From the human T2T-CHM13v2.0 reference genome, Homo sapiens, in the NCBI RefSeq assembly GCF_009914755.1, contig NC_060926.1: DNA of 64,000 nt; one strand, 5' to 3'. How positions within the stretch are numbered: position 1 is the stretch's first letter; each line of letters begins with the position of its first letter. The notes below the pieces were generated by a model. The model saw only the letters and a program-made list of their open reading frames with translations. It searched no databases and was not told where the DNA came from. The position numbers and the translations under genes are program-made. This document shows positions 1-14,541 of the stretch, piece after piece.

Positions 1-163
1 TGACAAGAGCACATATCTTTTTCTAGTTCCTGATATGAGGAGGAAAACATTCAGTGTCATGCTATAGCACCTAGCTCCCAGCTGAGATTTTTAAGCTCAG
101 ATTTTATCTCTATGAATGTAGTAAGCATAGTGGTTCTACAATCCATATTGAATCATTTCGGTG

Positions 164-586
<423 letters not shown>

Positions 587-722
587 TGAAGCCTTAGACG
601 GTGTTATTTTCCTTCAGAGAGACTTTTTACCTTCTGTCAGGTACCTGGTGGGAACCAAGGTTTTCTGAGTCACCAAGGTGACCTACCAAAATATAGTCAT
701 ATCCTTATTCCCAGGGCACATC

Positions 723-1288
723 TGTCTTAGTCGATTTGGGCTGCTATAACAAATTACCCATAGACTAGGCGGCTTAAACAACAAATATTTATTTCTCACA
801 GCTCTTGAGGCTAAAACAATCAAGGTCAAGTTGCTAGTAGATCCAGTGTCTGGTGAGGCACTCTTCCTGGTTTGCTGACAGCCATCTTCCTACTATGTCC
901 TCACATGGTAGAGAGCAGGTAGAGAGCAAACTTCTTATAGAGATCTGCTTATTTAAAAGTGTGTAGCACTTCCCCTCATGCTCTCTTGCTCCTGCTCCCA
1001 CCATGTAAGACGACTGCTCCCCCTTTGCCTTTTGCCATAATTGTAAGTTTCCTGAGGTCTCCCCAGAAGCCAAGCAGATGCCAGCATCATGCTTCCTGTA
1101 CAGCCTGCAGAACCATGAGCGAATTAAGCCTCTTTTCTTTATAAATTACCCAGTCTCAGGTATTTCTTTATAGCAGTGCAAGAATGAGCTAATACATCCA
1201 CCTTCTAATACCATCAAATGTGGTGGATTTGGAGTCAAGATTTCAACATATAAATTGGGAGAAGGACACAAACGTTTAGTCCATAGCA
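723..1288 (-). mobile_element. MaLR LTR (MLT1A0-like), interrupted by an MSTA piece
   Basis: TGTCTTAGTC..GGGCTGCTATAACAAA start, TTTAGTCCATAGCA end; 5-bp flanks ACATC/ATATC. Confidence 0.8.
935..1196 (+). mobile_element. MSTA LTR, 3' half
   Basis: GTAAGTTTCCTGAGG..CCAGAAGCCAAGCAGATGCCAGC..ATAAATTACCCAGTCTCAGGTATTTCTTTATAGCAG..CTAATACA, the typical MST LTR end. Confidence 0.85.
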
Positions 1289-1929
1289 ATATCCCTTTGA
1301 GATCTGAGTCCTGAGCAAGGAGTGTTTCAACAATTTTCCCACCATTAGAGGGCACAGGACTCTTATCCCTGTCCCTGCCAAGGTAGTGTGTGACTCTACC
1401 TTTCATCCTTTTCCCTGGAATAGGAACGTGTATCCAGCATAAACACATTTTTGAATGGTGAAGCCCTTCAGGGTCTTAACCTCCTGACTCCAACTTTTAT
1501 CTCCTTCCTACACTAACCTGCCAAAAGGGTAACCTAGTCCCAATCTTTGAACACCACCCGGGCAGAAGCCACTGAGGCTGCCTATCTTTCTCAAGCTGAT
1601 CATAATTTCATAATTCTTCACTATTGTTTTTCCTTATTGTTCCTTTTAAGACTATTTTTTCTACCCAGTTTTTTAGTTGTCTTTAGAGGGAGGGTTATTA
1701 CCAAAGCCAGAAAATTCTATTTTCATTTTAGTAACATTACCCTCCGAACAGTAGATGAGAGGATATTTTTCTTTTTAGATGTGTAATAATCCATCTGATT
1801 AACAAAGAAAGAATGAAAAATCTTGTTTTCATTAAAAAAATCTTGTTTTCATATAAAAAAATTGTTTTATAACAGCCTATGAAGTAATGCATGTAGGCAT
1901 CTAATTAATATCTGCTATATCACTAAGTG

Positions 1930-2400
1930 AGGGATATCCAGACATCAGCATAGGAGAATACAACGCCACCTATGAAGTAGTCACCCCCTCAGAAAAAATC
2001 AAACCTGAATCGAGTCTCTCTAAATCTAGCCCCTAAAGCCATCAACAAATCTATAAGAAATACTGAGGACAAAGGGATGTGTTAAAATATACTATAGAGA
2101 TGTGATAAGCAAACTCCAGGGTGTGAGACATTCAGGAGAAACAATTCAGTTCCTTAACAAATAAACAGTAATGGAAAAAAACAAGGTTGGGGGGACTTAT
2201 ATATTAAAATAGATTTATGAAACATAATGAATCACAATGCATTGATCTTATTCAAATCTTGATATTTTAAAAACTGTCAAAACTATGCTATTTATAATGT
2301 AATTGAGAACTTGAACACTGACTCAAAAATATTTGATATTTTAAAGCATTACATTTTTAAATATGATAACACTATTGTGGTTATGTTTAGCAAAAAAGGA
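1930..2400 (+). mobile_element. Old L1 (L1MC/L1ME) 3' UTR fragment
   Basis: Recalled L1MC-type motifs (CACCTATGAAGTA..AAACCTGAATC; TAACACTATTGTGGTTATG). Confidence 0.55.
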
Positions 2401-2639
2401 GTATGTATATTTGTGTCTGTACATATATGTGTATATATGTACATATAGTATATAATTGCATATTATATAATCTACTACACATACACACATATATTAAGTA
2501 TAATAGTTCTGGATAAAAAATTTGCTTAAAACTAATACAGGGAGGTAAGAAGTGAAGGAGAGTGTGGATGCAGACAAAAACTAAAAGACTATTATATAGA
2601 GAATGGGAGATTGGGTTGGTAGGGGAAAAGAATACAAAC

Positions 2640-3020
2640 AAGATCATTTTGGAGCCTATTGTAATGTCCAGATGATAGATGATGCTGGCACGGACTAAGG
2701 TAATGAAGCAAAATAGAAGAATTTGAGATATATTTTGACTTTGAGATTTCTGTAAGAGATTCATGAATATGTAAAGTAGATAATAGCCAAGGAGAGATAA
2801 CCTAACTTGGGATGAAATTATATCAATGAAAGGATGATTTTTAAATCTAGGGGAATTAATGAGCCCACTTAGGTCAAGTGTATTAAGGCAAACATTTATC
2901 GAACCCTAATATATCAGTTAGTAGATTTACAGCCTGGATAGGGGAGACAAGTCAACGGCAAATCCTGTGATAAAATATGGGCAAAGTGGAGTGTCAGGTG
3001 CAATGGAAGCAAGATCCCTC
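2640..3020 (-). mobile_element. L2 fragments
   Basis: ATTGTAATGTCCAGATGATAGATGATG..GGACTAAGG..TTTGAGATATATTTTGA resembles L2. Confidence 0.45.
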
Positions 3021-4014
3021 TCCACCCTGCTCCCCAACCAGTCACGGGGGATGAACTGTGAATAAGAGTTAACAAACTTAAATGACATCTGAAATACTGT
3101 CACCAACCGAATTGTTCAACTTGCACCAAAGGAAATCATTGTTTTTATTGATAACATCATTCTTTCAGCTTTATCTTTTCAAAGACTGAATTTTAACGGT
3201 TTCAGGCTCTGGGTAAAATGTCATGCCCATATCTTGGATGCCTTCAGGAACAGATGGGGCCTGACATGTTCAAAGCAGTCATAAGCAAACTAAAATCCAA
3301 TTTTCCTTGGTAGGAGGGCACTGGAACAGCCAAGTAGTCTGGAGGGAGAGGCTGGGCTGGGAGTATGTTCTTGCTGATTCACAAGGCCTATTTATACAAC
3401 CCCACATGCCGTTCAAGTTTTCTCCTGCCCTGAAAGTACAGGCTGCAAATGAGCACTAGTTTATGGGCACAGCTGATTCCAATCTCTCACTTGTCATGAA
3501 CTAATGTTTTATGATATGTTGAGGTGACCCCTGGCTAAAAAGACTCTGTATAAATGCTTTTCATTGTTTTCTTGTTTGTGATGTATAGAGCCAGAGGATG
3601 TGCGTAACCTGATCAACCTAGTAAAAATTTTAATCTCTTCTATTTTTATGGCCTTCCAGGAAAAATTCCATTTAGGGGAAAAGTAATGACTTTCAGAACT
3701 AATTCTCAAGCATCCCAACAACATGTTACCAACAATGGGCCCACTCCTATCAGGGGTCTTCACTCCTCTAAAAGTTTTCCTAATAGTTTTTGTTTGGAGA
3801 TTGGTGTGTTCAAGCACTTGAGAGGCAGGGTCTTTGTCAGTAGAGGGGGTGGTGGGGTCACTGAGCGTGTACGTGGGAGGGACAGTGGAAGTCTTAGGAG
3901 TTACAGGCTTCAATTTGCTGTTAGGATGCCATCTTCGAGGGCCTTCGGCCCACCAAGACTAGAGGTTTTGCTTGCTATCAAATCTCTCAAAATGGTAATC
4001 ACAGCTAAATGAAC

Positions 4015-4175
4015 AATCTCATTTAATTCTCACAATAAGCCTGTCAAAAATGTATACCACATATACACCCTGCATTTTACAGATAGAGGAACTAAGGCTG
4101 AAAAAAGTTGTGACTTGCCTGGGACCACACAGCTTGGTGGGAAGCAGCTTTGACTTCGTTGCTTCTGATCTCTGT
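4015..4175 (-). mobile_element. MIR SINE
   Basis: CATTTAATTCTCACAA..CATTTTACAGATAGAGGAACTAAGGCT..GTGACTTGCC core. Confidence 0.8.
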
Positions 4176-4695
4176 GTCTACTTTAGCAGAGGTTTGCTCC
4201 CCCCACCTCTATTCAAAGACCCTAGGAGCCAAAGGAGAAGAGATTTGAGAGCAACATTCATGAGAGTTGCAACATCCTCCATGCATAACATCCTCAGTCT
4301 GGTGATTCTTACCTTGTTTCCACCTCATCCCCATAACAGTTGATGTACACCTGGTATTACTTCACCAGCACGGGACATACAAGTGGGAGTTAACCATCTG
4401 TAACTCAACTTCCTTCCCTCTCACTTAAAGAGAAACACATGAGAATCCAGGTAAGAGTGATATTAAATTTTCTCCAATTTATTTTTATGTAAGTCACTCA
4501 CAAATATTCCATTATTAGTAACAACAAATTATTAGTAGCACAAATTACTTGCAATGTAATTTCAAACTGTCACCAGAAGAGATACCTGTTGCTTACCCCT
4601 GTGATGACAACTTATTCTTTCTCAAACCTCCTACTGTTCTCTATCCATAACCACCCACTCTCACCTTTATCTACTGAGCTCTCAGCATCTCATAA

Positions 4696-4938
4696 AAAGC
4701 ATGGGATTCAGAGTTCAGACATAGGTTTGCATCCTGGCTCTGACACTTACTAACTGTGTGACACTGACAAGCAATTAAGTTTCTCTAAGACTCAGTTTTC
4801 TCTTGTATAAAATGGAGATAAAATAGTATCTGCCTTATGCTATTGTGAAAATTTAGTGGCAATAGATAGATAGTAATTGGATATGTAAGTTATTACAATG
4901 TCTGGCACACATTAACCACTGACTAAATGTTAACTACC
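4696..4938 (+). mobile_element. MIR SINE
   Basis: ATCCTGGCTCTGACACTTACTAACTGTGTGAC..CTCAGTTTTCTCTTGTATAAAATGGAGATAA. Confidence 0.8.
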
Positions 4939-5826
4939 TTTTATTACTTTATCCCATATCTATCCAGTTCACATCCTCCACTCCTTTTCTGTCAAGTTTT
5001 CATGTGCCTGTGTTTACTTTGAAGAGGAGCTTATGTTCTGAACTCGCTAGTAAAGAAAACAACAAGATATTACAAAGAGAATTGGAAGGAAGCCTCAAAT
5101 TAATCAACATTTATATAATTTCTCCTGTACCCCAGCCATCCTAAATAGTCAGTTTACCTTATCGAGTGATGCATTAGTAACAGGGTGAATTGTGAGTTCA
5201 GCCATCAGTATTCATTGGCTGCACTGTTGAAGCAGCAGCTCCCCACTGATTTCAGAGACTACTTATCCACTTGGCCATCCACAGTGTTAAGTTTCCTAGA
5301 CGTTAGGGAAAGACCTGCTCCAAAGCAAAGGCCAGGCCACACTCTGTTTCCTCTCCACTCACCAGCATCCACACTTCAGCTCTGCGGCCAAACATTTAAT
5401 GAAATACCGCCCAAGTAAAGAGAAGCTTCCCCAACTACTGAGATTGCATTAAGAACGCTAATTGAGGCAAGATCGTAAGTCTGCCTTCACACCATCCCAA
5501 GAGGGAAAAGAGATCTGACCCCATGGAGGAGGCTATGCATACATGTGTGTGAATCTCAACACCATAAGGGCAGGCATGTTAACAAGAGATAAATCAGTGG
5601 TGGAGGAGGCAAAGGCCCAATGAAAAGTGACATCACATGTTAGCAAGTCATCAAAGGGTTAATGAGATTCTGCCAGAGATGTTAGCTATTCCCTTACCTG
5701 TCAGATCCATTTTTAAAATCTTGAATCTGACACTGATCTTCACTGCTCACCCAAAATCTAAATGGTACCATGCTATTTAGGAGAGAGTCCCTGCCCCATG
5801 TTCTTCACATCAGAAATGAAGATGCA

Positions 5827-6135
<309 letters not shown>

Positions 6136-6334
6136 TCAACCTCAGCTAGACCCCCTGACAGCTCTCCTCCACTTTACTCTTTTCCTTGGTTGACTCTCCA
6201 GCCTAGTTCTACAATCATTACTCCAAACTTTTTCCACTCTCTAAATCCTGAAACAGGAACCCGCACCATACTCCCTTTCACCCCCACCTCTACCTCCACC
6301 TCCACCTCCACAGACGGCCTTGCCTCTTGTTAGG

Positions 6335-6550
6335 AGGTTTTGTGAAGACTGAAGCTTATACAATTTAGGGAGAAGGATTATTAAAATAAAATAATATAAA
6401 ATTATGAATACAAAATTTTGTATTCATAAAAAGTAACAATGCAAAAAAACTTTTAAGTTAACAAATACCATAACGTCATTATATTATAAATGTTTTTAGT
6501 AATTAACTGCCTGACATACCTCTACAATATTTTTTCTTACCATTTTTTGC
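6335..6550 (+). mobile_element. hAT-family DNA transposon fragment (MER53-like)
   Basis: GGTTTTGTG..CTGAAGCTTATACAATTT..AAAATTATGAATACAAAATT matches the recalled MER53-type 5' end. Confidence 0.5.
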
Positions 6551-6554
6551 CTAT

Positions 6555-6664
6555 GACAATGGCTTTATAATATCATAGACAATGGCTTTATAATATCATT
6601 TGACAATGGCTTTTTATATGACAGTGGCTTTATATCATTATATGACAATGGCTTTATATATCAT
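6555..6664. repeat. Imperfect tandem repeat, 5 copies of GACA(A/G)TGGCTTT plus AT-rich spacer (period 18-24 bp)
   Basis: Units start at 6555, 6578, 6602, 6620 and 6644. Confidence 0.9.
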
Positions 6665-7147
6665 ATTTTAATTACTGAAAATAAGAAACTGCTTGTGATA
6701 TCTTACTGGCTCCTTCATTAATAAATGGGTTAAGTAAAATCTCAGACACTTGTTCATTTTACGTGTGTATTGGAGTCATAATTTTACCTTTTTTAAAAAG
6801 TATCTTTTTGGAGATCTTCTACCAAAATGCCCAATGAATTCACCTGACAGAGGCAAGTAAACTACATTGCCAGGAAAGTGTATCCAGTAAGTGGCTTGAG
6901 ACCAGGCACATATTTTCTTAGCTCCTGGAGATAAACGCCAAGTGACAAAAGAAGTTTAAGTTTGCTAACTCTCCATTTCTCTGGTTTATCTTCCTTTCTA
7001 CTGTCTGTGTGTTTATGTATGTCTGTTTCATTTATGGTTAATAAATTATTTCCCATTGGTGTCAGAAAAGATTAGGAAATTGATTTTAATGTATGACCAT
7101 TTGGTGGTCTCCAAAACTAGGTTAATAGATTATAGATATCTGTTTTC

Positions 7148-7260
7148 TTTTTTTTTTTTTTTCAGAGGGTCTCACTATGTTGCCCAGGCTGACCTCAAAC
7201 TCCTGGGCTCTAGCAACCATCAAGCCTGGGACTATAGGTGCCTGCCACTGTACCTGGCCT
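7148..7260 (-). mobile_element. Alu monomer (FLAM-like)
   Basis: Poly(T)+GGGTCTCACTATGTTGCCCAGGCTG..CCTGGCC; flanks TATCT(G/A)TTTT. Confidence 0.85.
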
Positions 7261-7683
7261 TATCTATTTTTCCCTTGAGTGAAGTGAACATGTATAATTT
7301 GATTCGTCTTTTTTGTTTATCTATTTGTCTTTTTTGAGCCAAACCAATCAAGAATTTCAAGCTCACCAGGAAGGGGAACAGCTTTTTGATGTCTACTTCA
7401 GGGTGTTTTGGTATTTCTGTATCAACTCTTGACCTGTGGCTAACATAGAACTGAAGCTTTAAGCTCACTATGTATATGTATATCTATGTGTCATAACTCT
7501 CAAAAGATTGTACCTTTCTTTGTAACTGGATGTTTTCCTATCTCCCAGGGGTATCAAAAAATTACATTACGAAGTCTCTTAAATTAAAGGGGTGTTTTTT
7601 GGATGGATTTACGTAAGAGACAGATAAGTGCTTATATAGATGGGATATTCCCAAGAATCAGAAAATCAGAAAAGTGCACTTCA

Positions 7684-7963
7684 TCCCAGCACTTTGGGAG
7701 GCCAAGGCAGACAGATCACATGAGGTCAGGAGTTCAAGACCACCCTGGCCAATATGGTGAAACCTCGTCTCTACTAAAAATGTAAAACTTAGCCAGGCAT
7801 AGTGGTACACGCCTATAATCCCAGCTACTCGGTGGCTGAGGCATGGGAATTGCTTGAACCCAGGAGGCAGACGTTGCAGTGAGCCAAGATTACACCACTG
7901 CACTGCAGCCTGGGCAACAGAGCAAAACCCTGTCTCAAAAAAAAAAAAAAGAAAGAAAGAAAA
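7684..7963 (+). mobile_element. Alu SINE, slightly 5'-truncated
   Basis: Starts at TCCCAGCACTTTGGG; TSD AGAAAAGTGCACTTCA (7668-7683) / AGAAAAATGAACTTCA (7964-7979). Confidence 0.95.
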
Positions 7964-8332
7964 AGAAAAATGAACTTCAAATGCTTTAAATGTGCTAAAC
8001 TTAAATAAATTACCCTCACAAAAACTCAAAAATATATTAAAAACCCAGAAATATATTAAGAATATATTCAGAAACTCAGAAACTTAGTGCCTTACAAAAC
8101 TTTCTTAGGAAAACTAGCTATTCCCTGGCTTACAGGGTACCCTGGCCTTACAGCTGTGAAGAAGGTCTCTTCCTGGCTGACCAGAAGATTTAGGGTATTG
8201 GGGGTACCTCAAGAAGAGAGAAATTCCCACACATTTGTAGATACTACAGGTGATATCTGGTAGGGTTTGTTGGGTTTGCTTTCCTAGCTTCAATATCACA
8301 AACAAAAGAAGTTTTTAAAAGCCCAATGTGAG

Positions 8333-8727
<395 letters not shown>

Positions 8728-9219
8728 CTAAGCAGTAAATTAACATTCTTCTTTCATGCATAATTAATAATCAAGTCAAATCTAATGTCAGGCTTAGTTC
8801 AATCACAAAATAATCTTTTCTCTCTTTTTTTATAATTATTATGATCACAAGGCAGGGGTCAGGGGATACTGTCAGAAAAAATCATGAATGCTTGGAAATG
8901 GACAAAAAAAGATAGTGGATGTTTGTCTAGCTCACTTATCCAGGTTATCTCAGCCTTTCCATGTCTTTGAGCTGTTTTACTCCATAAATTATAGATAACC
9001 AAGAGCAAGGCAAATGATATTTTCCACAGTCATGCAAATTCTGTCCAGTGAAGGGACAACTGATTCTCTGTACTGATGACTACCCCTCTTATAGAAAAAG
9101 ATAGTTTTTGAATTTTAGAATTTTTTCTGGTTATTCTTTCATGTCTTTTTTCCCATCTAATCATTAGAATCTCTTTGCTAGTGTTAAGAATTCTTTTAGC
9201 ATTTGCTTTGAAGTTACAT

Positions 9220-9435
9220 TAAATTTATAGATTATATACAAAATTTATATCTTTGTGAAATTGAGTCTTTATGTCTAAGAACAAAGTATGCCTTTCCATT
9301 TGTCCAAGTCTTCTTTTGTTTCCCTCCACAGCTTTTAAAATTTTTCTTTTTATGAGGCTTCTACATTTCTTGTTAAATTTATTTCTGAGTATTTTATCGT
9401 ATTTGCTGCTACTGTAAATTGGACCTTTTCTTCCA
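9220..9435 (-). mobile_element. Old L1 (L1ME-like) ORF2 fragment
   Basis: TTTCCATTTGTCCAAGTCTTC..ACATTTCTTGTTAAATTTATTTCTGAGTATTTTAT, antisense L1 RT region. Confidence 0.7.
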
Positions 9436-10019
9436 GCGCCAGAGGCATAACTCATTATTGGTTTAAGTCAAGCAGGATGGTCCCGTTTCTTTTCCCAGTC
9501 TACACCCTTCTGACCAACTGAAACAGAAGAAGAAGAAGATATAAGGAGGAAGGTTTTCCTCACTGATCTGAAAAAGAGCACACTGGAAGAAGCAGGCCCT
9601 CTTATGAAGGAAAAAAACCACTCATTTTTTAAACTGAGGTTTTTTTCCCAGTAATTTGCAGCTGAAAATATCTGATAAAATAATTATAATTGTACAAAAT
9701 ATATCTTATATTTTATCTCTTTATTTAACCTTCACTCATTATCTCTTTAGACAGAATCTACAAATTCCACATAATTATCAACGATGACTTTAGTACATTT
9801 CTATTCAGGAGTGGCATTCAGACACACACACACTTCTGTGGAAATAAATAAAGATCAACCAAATGAAAACAGGCAAGGTCTATTTATTCAGGGCTTGTTA
9901 GAGCAAGGGAGTCTGCCACCATCACTTGCACTCTGGCAAGGACTCAGAAGCTCCCCTGATTAAAGGCTATCCATGTGAGGAAGCTGTAGGTGGGCTAACT
10001 AGAAGCAGAGCCTGGCCCA

Positions 10020-10139
10020 GGGTGATCTCATCTTAAGATCCTTATCTTAGTTACATTTGCAAAGGCCCTTACTCCAAATAAGGTCATATTCTGAGATTCT
10101 AGATGGATCTTTTAGGGAGACACTATTCAACCCATGACA
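10020..10139 (-). mobile_element. MLT1-type MaLR LTR fragment
   Basis: TTACATTTGCAAAGGCCCTT..CCAAATAAGGTCATATTCTGAG..GACACTATTCAACCCATGACA. Confidence 0.7.
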
Positions 10140-11733
10140 GTGTACAACTCTGAATATACTAAAACCATTAAATTGTATTATTTATATAGGCGAATTTTAT
10201 GATACCCGAGTTGTATCTCAACAAAGACATTTAAAGAAAGGCATAGATAATATTTTTGAAATGTTTTGAAAACTTAGTAAAATAATAACCATATAAAATC
10301 ACGTAAAGTACTAAAATATTTACTACTAAAACAAACCACTAAGCCAAGAAAGATTTACAGAGCATGTTAAAGTAGAAATTGTCCCATCTCTTTCAAAGAA
10401 GGTAGGATAATTCTTATTCCAATATCGAATAAGGATAATACAGAAAGAAAACAATACACTAATTTTAAGCAAAACATATATGCAAAGAAGGCCATTTGAT
10501 CATCTCAACATATTTTTTAAAGTTATTTAACAAAATTCTACATTTATAATTGATTTTTCAGTGTTAAATTGATTAAAGATATTCACCAGAAACTAGGTGA
10601 CACAGTAAAAACATTTATTTTAATGTCATGACCAAGAAGAATGATCACTACTACTACTACTACTACTTCCACTAGAGGTCTTAGGCAATGTTATAAGACA
10701 AGGGTAGGTCCCTGTGCAGACCTGTTTTTTCAGATTATTGTACACATACTGGAAATGGCTGCCTCAATTGCCCATAAATGTTCTTCCTAGCATAGTGTCT
10801 AAATACCTAGATATACTGTACCCCAGTTACTAAAAGAAAAAATATTTTTGCCTCAGATAAGGCCAGGAGACAAATCCTGATGCAATCACTTGTGATCCTA
10901 GGAGCAAACTACATTACCCACTGACTCCTAGAAAGGAATAGCACACTTGGGATTTCTGGAAAACCTTTAGGAGCATGTTTCCAATGGTATTATAGAGTCA
11001 GAGAGCATGGAGAGTTGAGTATTTTTGTCAATGGGACTATATAAGAGACACTTGGTTTATAATGATATTTGCCATATTGATTTATAATTACTTGCTTTCA
11101 TTTAAGCATCTTCCACTGTATTAGTAACTTCCTACATTTGCAGCTGGGTCTTTCTCATTTTTTCATCTTCTGCACCTAGTACCTGAATTCCTCAATATTC
11201 AAAGTCCTTATTCTTTTTCTTCCCCAAAAAAGTTGTAATTACACATTTCTTCCATTGATGTCTCTTGTTTACTCACAAACTCTGCCAGTTTGTTAGTATA
11301 TGTAGTATCCTGAGGCTTATACTTCAAGACTGGGCAGCTACAAACTCCTGAGAAACTCACTACCAGTATAAGATATTAAGAAGGAACATATTATACTATA
11401 ATCAGTAAAGCAAGTATTAAAATAGCAAAATTAACAGTTGTAGCTAAAATTTCAAAAAAGATATCAAATGAAATTGTAGAAAATAATTAATATAAAAGAA
11501 GGCAGGAAAAGAGGGAAAGAAAAATAAAGAATAGATGGGACAAATAGAAAAATAGCAAAATTACAAACAAATTCAACCATACCAATATGCACATTAAATG
11601 TAAACGTTCTAAACACCCCAATTAAAAGGCAGAGCTTGTCAGATTGGATTAAAAAACAAGACCCAACTATTTCTGCCTACAAGTAATGCAACTGAAATAT
11701 AAAGAGACTAACAGCTTAAAAGTAAAAAGATGG

Positions 11734-12149
11734 TGTGTCAAAAAATAAGATATAAATGATTATATATATAATATATACATTTGTATGTATACATATATAC
11801 ATAGAGAGATTGATATTAAGGAATTGGCTCACATGATTGTGGGGGATGGCAAGTTCAAAATCCATAGAGCAGGCCAGCAGGCTGAAAATTCAGGAAAGAT
11901 TTCTATGATACAGTCTTGAGGCAGAATTCCTTCTTCTTTAGGAAACTTCAGTTTTTGCTTTTAACATCTTCAGCTGATTGGATGAAGCTCACCTATATTA
12001 TGGAGGGTAATCTGCTTTACTTAAAGTCAACTGATGTATATGTTAATCATATCTAAAAAGTACCTTCACAGCACCATCTAGACTAGTGTTTGATCAAATA
12101 ACTGGGCACCATAGCCTAGCCAAATTGACACATAAAATTAGCCATCACA
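11734..12149 (-). mobile_element. MLT2D-like ERVL solo LTR
   Basis: AAGGAATTGGCTCACATGATTGTGG..CCAAATTGACACATAAAATTAGCCATCACA; flanks GATGG/AATGG. Confidence 0.8.
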
Positions 12150-12675
12150 AATGGAAACAGAACACTAGACCAGAAAAAATAATTAGGAGGGCTATACTAG
12201 TATCAGACACAATAGATTTCAGAGCAAAAATATTGTCAGAAATAAAAAAGGACATTTCATAATGATAAAAGTGTCAATTTATCAAGAAGGCATAGCAATC
12301 TAAATGTTTGCATACTTAATAGCAGAGCTTCAAAATACATTAAGCAAAAAATGATAAAGCTGCAAAGAGAAATATACAAATACACTATTATGGTCAGATA
12401 TTTCAATACCCATCTCTCAATAATTGATAAAGCAAGTAAAAGGAAAATCAGTAAAGATATAGTAGATTTGTATAACACTATCAACCAAATTGAACTTATT
12501 GACATTCATAGAACACCCCAACCAACAGCAGCAAAATACATATTATCTTTAATTATACACATAAACCAAGAAAGGCCATGAAACAAGACTCAAATTTAAA
12601 TGCATTCAAGTCATACAGAATACATTCTGTGACAACAAAGAATTAAATGAGAAATCAATAACTGAAAGTTATCTG

Positions 12676-13060
<385 letters not shown>

Positions 13061-13993
13061 TCAAAGAGGAAAACCAAAGATATTTTGAACCAAATGTGAA
13101 AACTAAAATTCAACATATTAGAATTTGTGAGATGCTGCTAACACAGTACTTCGGGAAATTTTTATAGTATTAAATGTCTGGAATGGAAAAAAAGTGAAGT
13201 TCTCATATCAATGACCTCAGCTTCCACCAATGAAACTAGAGAAAGAAGAGCAAATTAAACTGAAAATCATCAGAAGAAATGAAATAATAAAGATTAAAGC
13301 AGAAATCAAAGGAATAGATAGAACCAATAGAGAAAATTAATGAAACCAAAAGTTGGCTCTTTGACAGGTTCAATAAAATTAATAAACCTCTAGTTATACT
13401 AATCAGGAAAAAAGAGAGAACACGCCAATTGCTAATTATAAAAATGAAAGATGTGGCATCATCGCAAATGCTCTAGAATTAAAAGGATAACAATGGAATA
13501 CAAAGTGAACAACTTTGTGTCCAAAAACAAGACAACATAGGTCAAATGGACAAATTCCTTGTTTGTCAATTTATCACAGTTCACTCAAGAAGAACTTTGG
13601 TAGATTTGATAAATTACCTGATATCTATCAAAGAAATGTAATTGGTATTTAAATACCTTCCCACCACAAAAAAATCTCTAGACCCAGATATCTTCACTAG
13701 TAAAGTTAAGGTAGAAATAATACCAATTCTACACAAACTCTTCCAATAAATTGTAAATGAAGAAATACTTCTCTAACCTCATTCTATGAGGCCAGCATTA
13801 CCCTAATACTAAAACCAGACATTACAAGAAAACTGTAGATCAACCTCTTTTAAACATATATGCAAACATTCTAAGCAAAATTTTAAAACTCCAATATATA
13901 ATATATAAAAGGGGTAATGTACTATGACCAAGTGGGGTTTCTCCCAGGAAAGCAATTGATTCAAAAATCAATCAATATAATTCACTATATTAG

Positions 13994-14541
13994 TGTTGTG
14001 GTTAATACTGAGTGTCAATTTGATTGAATTGAAGGATGCAAAGTATTGTTCCTGGGTGTGTCTGTGAGGGTGTTGCCAAAGGAAATTAACATTTGAATCA
14101 GTGGACTGGGAGAGGCAGACCCAACCTCATTCTAGGTGGGCACCATTTAATCAGCTGCCAGTGCGGCTAGAATAAAGCAGGCAGGAGAAGATGGAAGAAC
14201 AGACTAGCTGAGTCTTCTGGCTCTCATCTTTCTCACATGCTGGATGCTTCCTGCCCTCAAACATTGGACTCCAAGTTCTTCAGCTTTTGGACTCTTGGAC
14301 TTACACCAGTGGTTTGCCAGGGGCTCTCGGGCCTTCAGCCACAGAATGAAGACTGTACTGCTGGCTTCCCTACTTTTGAGATTTTGGGATTTGTACTGGC
14401 TTCCTTGCTCCTCAGCTTGCAGATGGCCTATTGTGGAACTTCACCTTGTGATTGCGTGAGTCAGTACTCCTTGATAAACTTCCCTTTACATATACATCTA
14501 TCCTATTAATTCTGTCCCTCTAGAAAACCCTGACTGATACA
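13994..14541 (+). mobile_element. MLT2A (ERVL) solo LTR
   Basis: TG..CA termini (TGTTGTGGTTAATACTGAGTGTCAA...CCCTGACTGATACA) with exact 5-bp TSD ATTAG. Confidence 0.9.

Noticed and set aside
3509-4012. Overlapping ORFs of 134 aa (-) and 108 aa (+) in unique sequence
   Set aside because: No recognisable domain, no promoter or splice context, and the lengths are compatible with chance.
4300-5710. Isolated splice-donor-like motifs (CAGGTAAG at ~4448 on +; CTTACCTG at ~5693, a donor on -)
   Set aside because: No matching acceptor or coherent coding frame; exons cannot be supported without transcript data.
6555-6664. Repeat-spacer pattern superficially like a CRISPR array
   Set aside because: Eukaryotic context, 12-bp core, short mutually related spacers and no cas genes; it is a slippage repeat.
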